Shown here one piece after another: positions 62,439 through 64,000 of a DNA stretch of 64,000 bases. Below the pieces are notes generated by a model. The model had not been told where the DNA came from, did no database searches, and worked only from the letters and a program-made list of their open reading frames with translations. Position numbers and translations under genes: made by a program. Source of the DNA: Thermoplasmatota archaeon (GTDB taxonomy: Archaea; Thermoplasmatota; Penumbrarchaeia; JANQNL01); assembly GCA_028279585.1 (NCBI GenBank), contig JANQNL010000123.1, positions 2,808 to 66,807 on the forward strand, read 5' to 3'. Positions within the stretch are counted from its first letter, which is position 1. Every line of letters starts with the position of its first letter.

Positions 62439-62465
62439 AGCTATTATAGCTATTATAGCTATTAT
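62439..62465. repeat. Perfect 9-bp tandem repeat AGCTATTAT x3 (minus strand ATAATAGCT x3) in the toxin-antitoxin promoter/operator region
   Basis: Copies at 62439-62447, 62448-62456 and 62457-62465, that is 10-36 nt upstream of the antitoxin ATG (62429). Confidence 0.6.
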
Positions 62466-62622
62466 AGGTATCGGGCATCCATCCAGTAAAGGGGCCATAC
62501 TGCGGTCTACGCATCACTGGTAGATAAGTTTGAACACCGGGGAGGTAACCGAAAGTGGAAGTGAGATTGGAATAAGAATAGTTATTAATACGAAGCAATA
62601 CCTTTTCACATTGGGTGATAGC

Positions 62623-64000
62623 GTGGGTGTCCAGACTCGTGAACGATTGTTAATAGGATTTCTGATTTTCTCATTACTAATGTCTAGTGGTGCATCGTTT
62701 GTGATCAATATTGTTCCGTTGTCGACTGCGAATACTGTTGACAATGTTACCGATGCAATTGTTAGAGGCCCCGTTCGAGTTGATAGTGACACCCATTTTG
62801 GAACGATGGCCTCTTTACTTGGATGGAGTGGAACCGGTTCTGTCTCGAATCCGTATATCATTGAGAACTACAACATCAATGCCAGTGGTGATGGATGTGG
62901 GATCTATATTGGCAATGTGACCAAGCACTTTGTTATAAGAAATTGTACAATAAATGATACCTCTGGTAATAGTGGCACTTACCACAAGAATGCAGGGATC
63001 TATCTATATTATTCAGATAATGGATTGATATTCAATAATACGGTACGAAGGGCCACATGGAATATCTATCTTGATCATTCAGATCATTGTGAGATCGTCA
63101 ATAATACAGTCAACGTTTCATCAACGTTTGGCATCTATCTTTACTATAGCTTCTACTGTAATGTAACTGGAAACAATGTGACGAATACCGATAATGAAGG
63201 TATTCGGGGATGGGATTCATTCTATACTCGAACCGTTGCGAATACTTGCTTATGGTCTGGCCAGGGTATCGTTTACAATGATTGTCGATATTCTACACTA
63301 GAGAACAATATTTGTTTGTTCAATGATGATGGATTCCACATAAATGACCAAGATTACATCAAGATCATGAACAATACTTGCGATAAAAACTACAAAGGTA
63401 TGGATCTGAGAAGCGGTCGATACTGGGTCATTAAGAACAACAGTTGTTCCAATAATCTTGACATCGGCATGGATGTTGATGGAATGCAATATTCAAAGTT
63501 TGAGAATAATGAAGTTCTCTACAATAATAACTACGGCTTCTATATAGACGTTGGAGCTCAGAACACTTATGCAAACAATACCATACTAGGTAGTGATTAC
63601 GGAATTCGATGTGAGTCTGGTTCGAATCGTTTTCTTAATAATACCATTGAAAGCAGCAACAAGAACCTCTATCTCCGAGATTATGGTAATAATGAAGTGG
63701 GTTGGAACAAGATCAATGGAACTTGGAGGAGCATTGAACTGGATGATGCAGATATGACATATATCCACAACAATACTTTCACAAATAGTTCGACTTCAAT
63801 ATACTGCGACGAGAGTGAGGACAATGAGATCGAGAACAATACTTTTCAGGATTCTTATCGAGGGATGGAGATCCGATATAACTCTGCAAAGCAATATATG
63901 AAAGATAATGAATTTTTTGGATGTGGTATAGATTTCTTGATCGGTTCTCCATCCATAAATTATAACTACATTGATGAGACCAACACGATCGATGGGAAAC
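62623..64000 (+). CDS. Secreted/anchored right-handed beta-helix (PbH1) repeat protein, 5' part only (runs off the window), AT-rich
   Basis: The frame is open from stop TAG 62521 to the window end. Candidate starts are TTG 62611 and GTG 62623. Translation: VGVQTRERLLIGFLIFSLLMSSGASFVINIV..., then repeated N-rich beta-helix units (IVNNTVNVSSTFGIYLYYS.., LENNICLFNDDGFHIN.., IKNNSCSNNLDIGMDVD..). It is absent from the ORF track because it has no stop in the window. Confidence 0.7.
   Translation, partial: MGVQTRERLLIGFLIFSLLMSSGASFVINIVPLSTANTVDNVTDAIVRGPVRVDSDTHFGTMASLLGWSGTGSVSNPYIIENYNINASGDGCGIYIGNVTKHFVIRNCTINDTSGNSGTYHKNAGIYLYYSDNGLIFNNTVRRATWNIYLDHSDHCEIVNNTVNVSSTFGIYLYYSFYCNVTGNNVTNTDNEGIRGWDSFYTRTVANTCLWSGQGIVYNDCRYSTLENNICLFNDDGFHINDQDYIKIMNNTCDKNYKGMDLRSGRYWVIKNNSCSNNLDIGMDVDGMQYSKFENNEVLYNNNYGFYIDVGAQNTYANNTILGSDYGIRCESGSNRFLNNTIESSNKNLYLRDYGNNEVGWNKINGTWRSIELDDADMTYIHNNTFTNSSTSIYCDESEDNEIENNTFQDSYRGMEIRYNSAKQYMKDNEFFGCGIDFLIGSPSINYNYIDETNTIDGK

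Noticed and set aside
62514-62861. 115-aa minus-strand ORF at the start of the AT-rich region
   Set aside because: It is antisense to the open-ended beta-helix repeat CDS, whose periodic repeat structure is far more convincing.
1-64000. Search for CRISPR arrays, rRNA, tRNA, transposases, integrases and prophage genes
   Set aside because: None was recognised. There are no spaced direct-repeat arrays, no tRNA-like cloverleaf signatures, and no DDE or tyrosine-recombinase motifs in any ORF. This was an eye scan only, so short or degenerate elements could have been missed.

Overview
This 64-kb window is gene-dense, with about 45 credible CDS, no rRNA, tRNA, CRISPR array, transposase or integrase. 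GC content varies from about 38% to 62% between the 60-nt lines I counted. All domain calls come from reading the supplied translations by eye; no searches were run. The window looks archaeal, possibly an uncultured marine Thermoplasmatota/MGII-like lineage, but this is inference. The evidence is AT-rich TATA-like boxes about 25-30 nt upstream of start codons (leaderless style), GGTGAT-type Shine-Dalgarno sites, a dolichyl-phosphate-type GT2, very acidic proteins, and ectodomains rich in N-x-S/T sequons. Giant membrane-anchored surface proteins dominate: a 1929-aa LTD/PLD protein with four HKD motifs, two tandem integrin-alpha-like FG-GAP/cadherin-like proteins of about 1450 aa, a 2059-aa CarboxypepD_reg/BNR protein, a 1189-aa transglutaminase-like protein, beta-helix proteins and PKD proteins. 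Other content is a tightly packed surface-glycosylation operon (two AlkP-family enzymes, a 1423-aa GT-C-like membrane protein, GT2, GT4, a flippase, another GT4), two tandem APC transporters with an unusual C-terminal domain, a histidine kinase/receiver pair, an orphan SPPY DNA methyltransferase, a low-GC AAA+/DUF4143-like ATPase, a radical SAM enzyme, adenylate kinase and a RelE-type toxin-antitoxin pair. The best candidate for something undescribed is the pair of integrin-like receptors, whose most conserved part is a cytoplasmic Roadblock/longin-like domain. Secondary leads are three tandem PKD-4TM-polyproline-tail paralogs, two long structured non-coding regions that share a 13-mer, and a repeat-flanked palindrome between two divergent giant genes.
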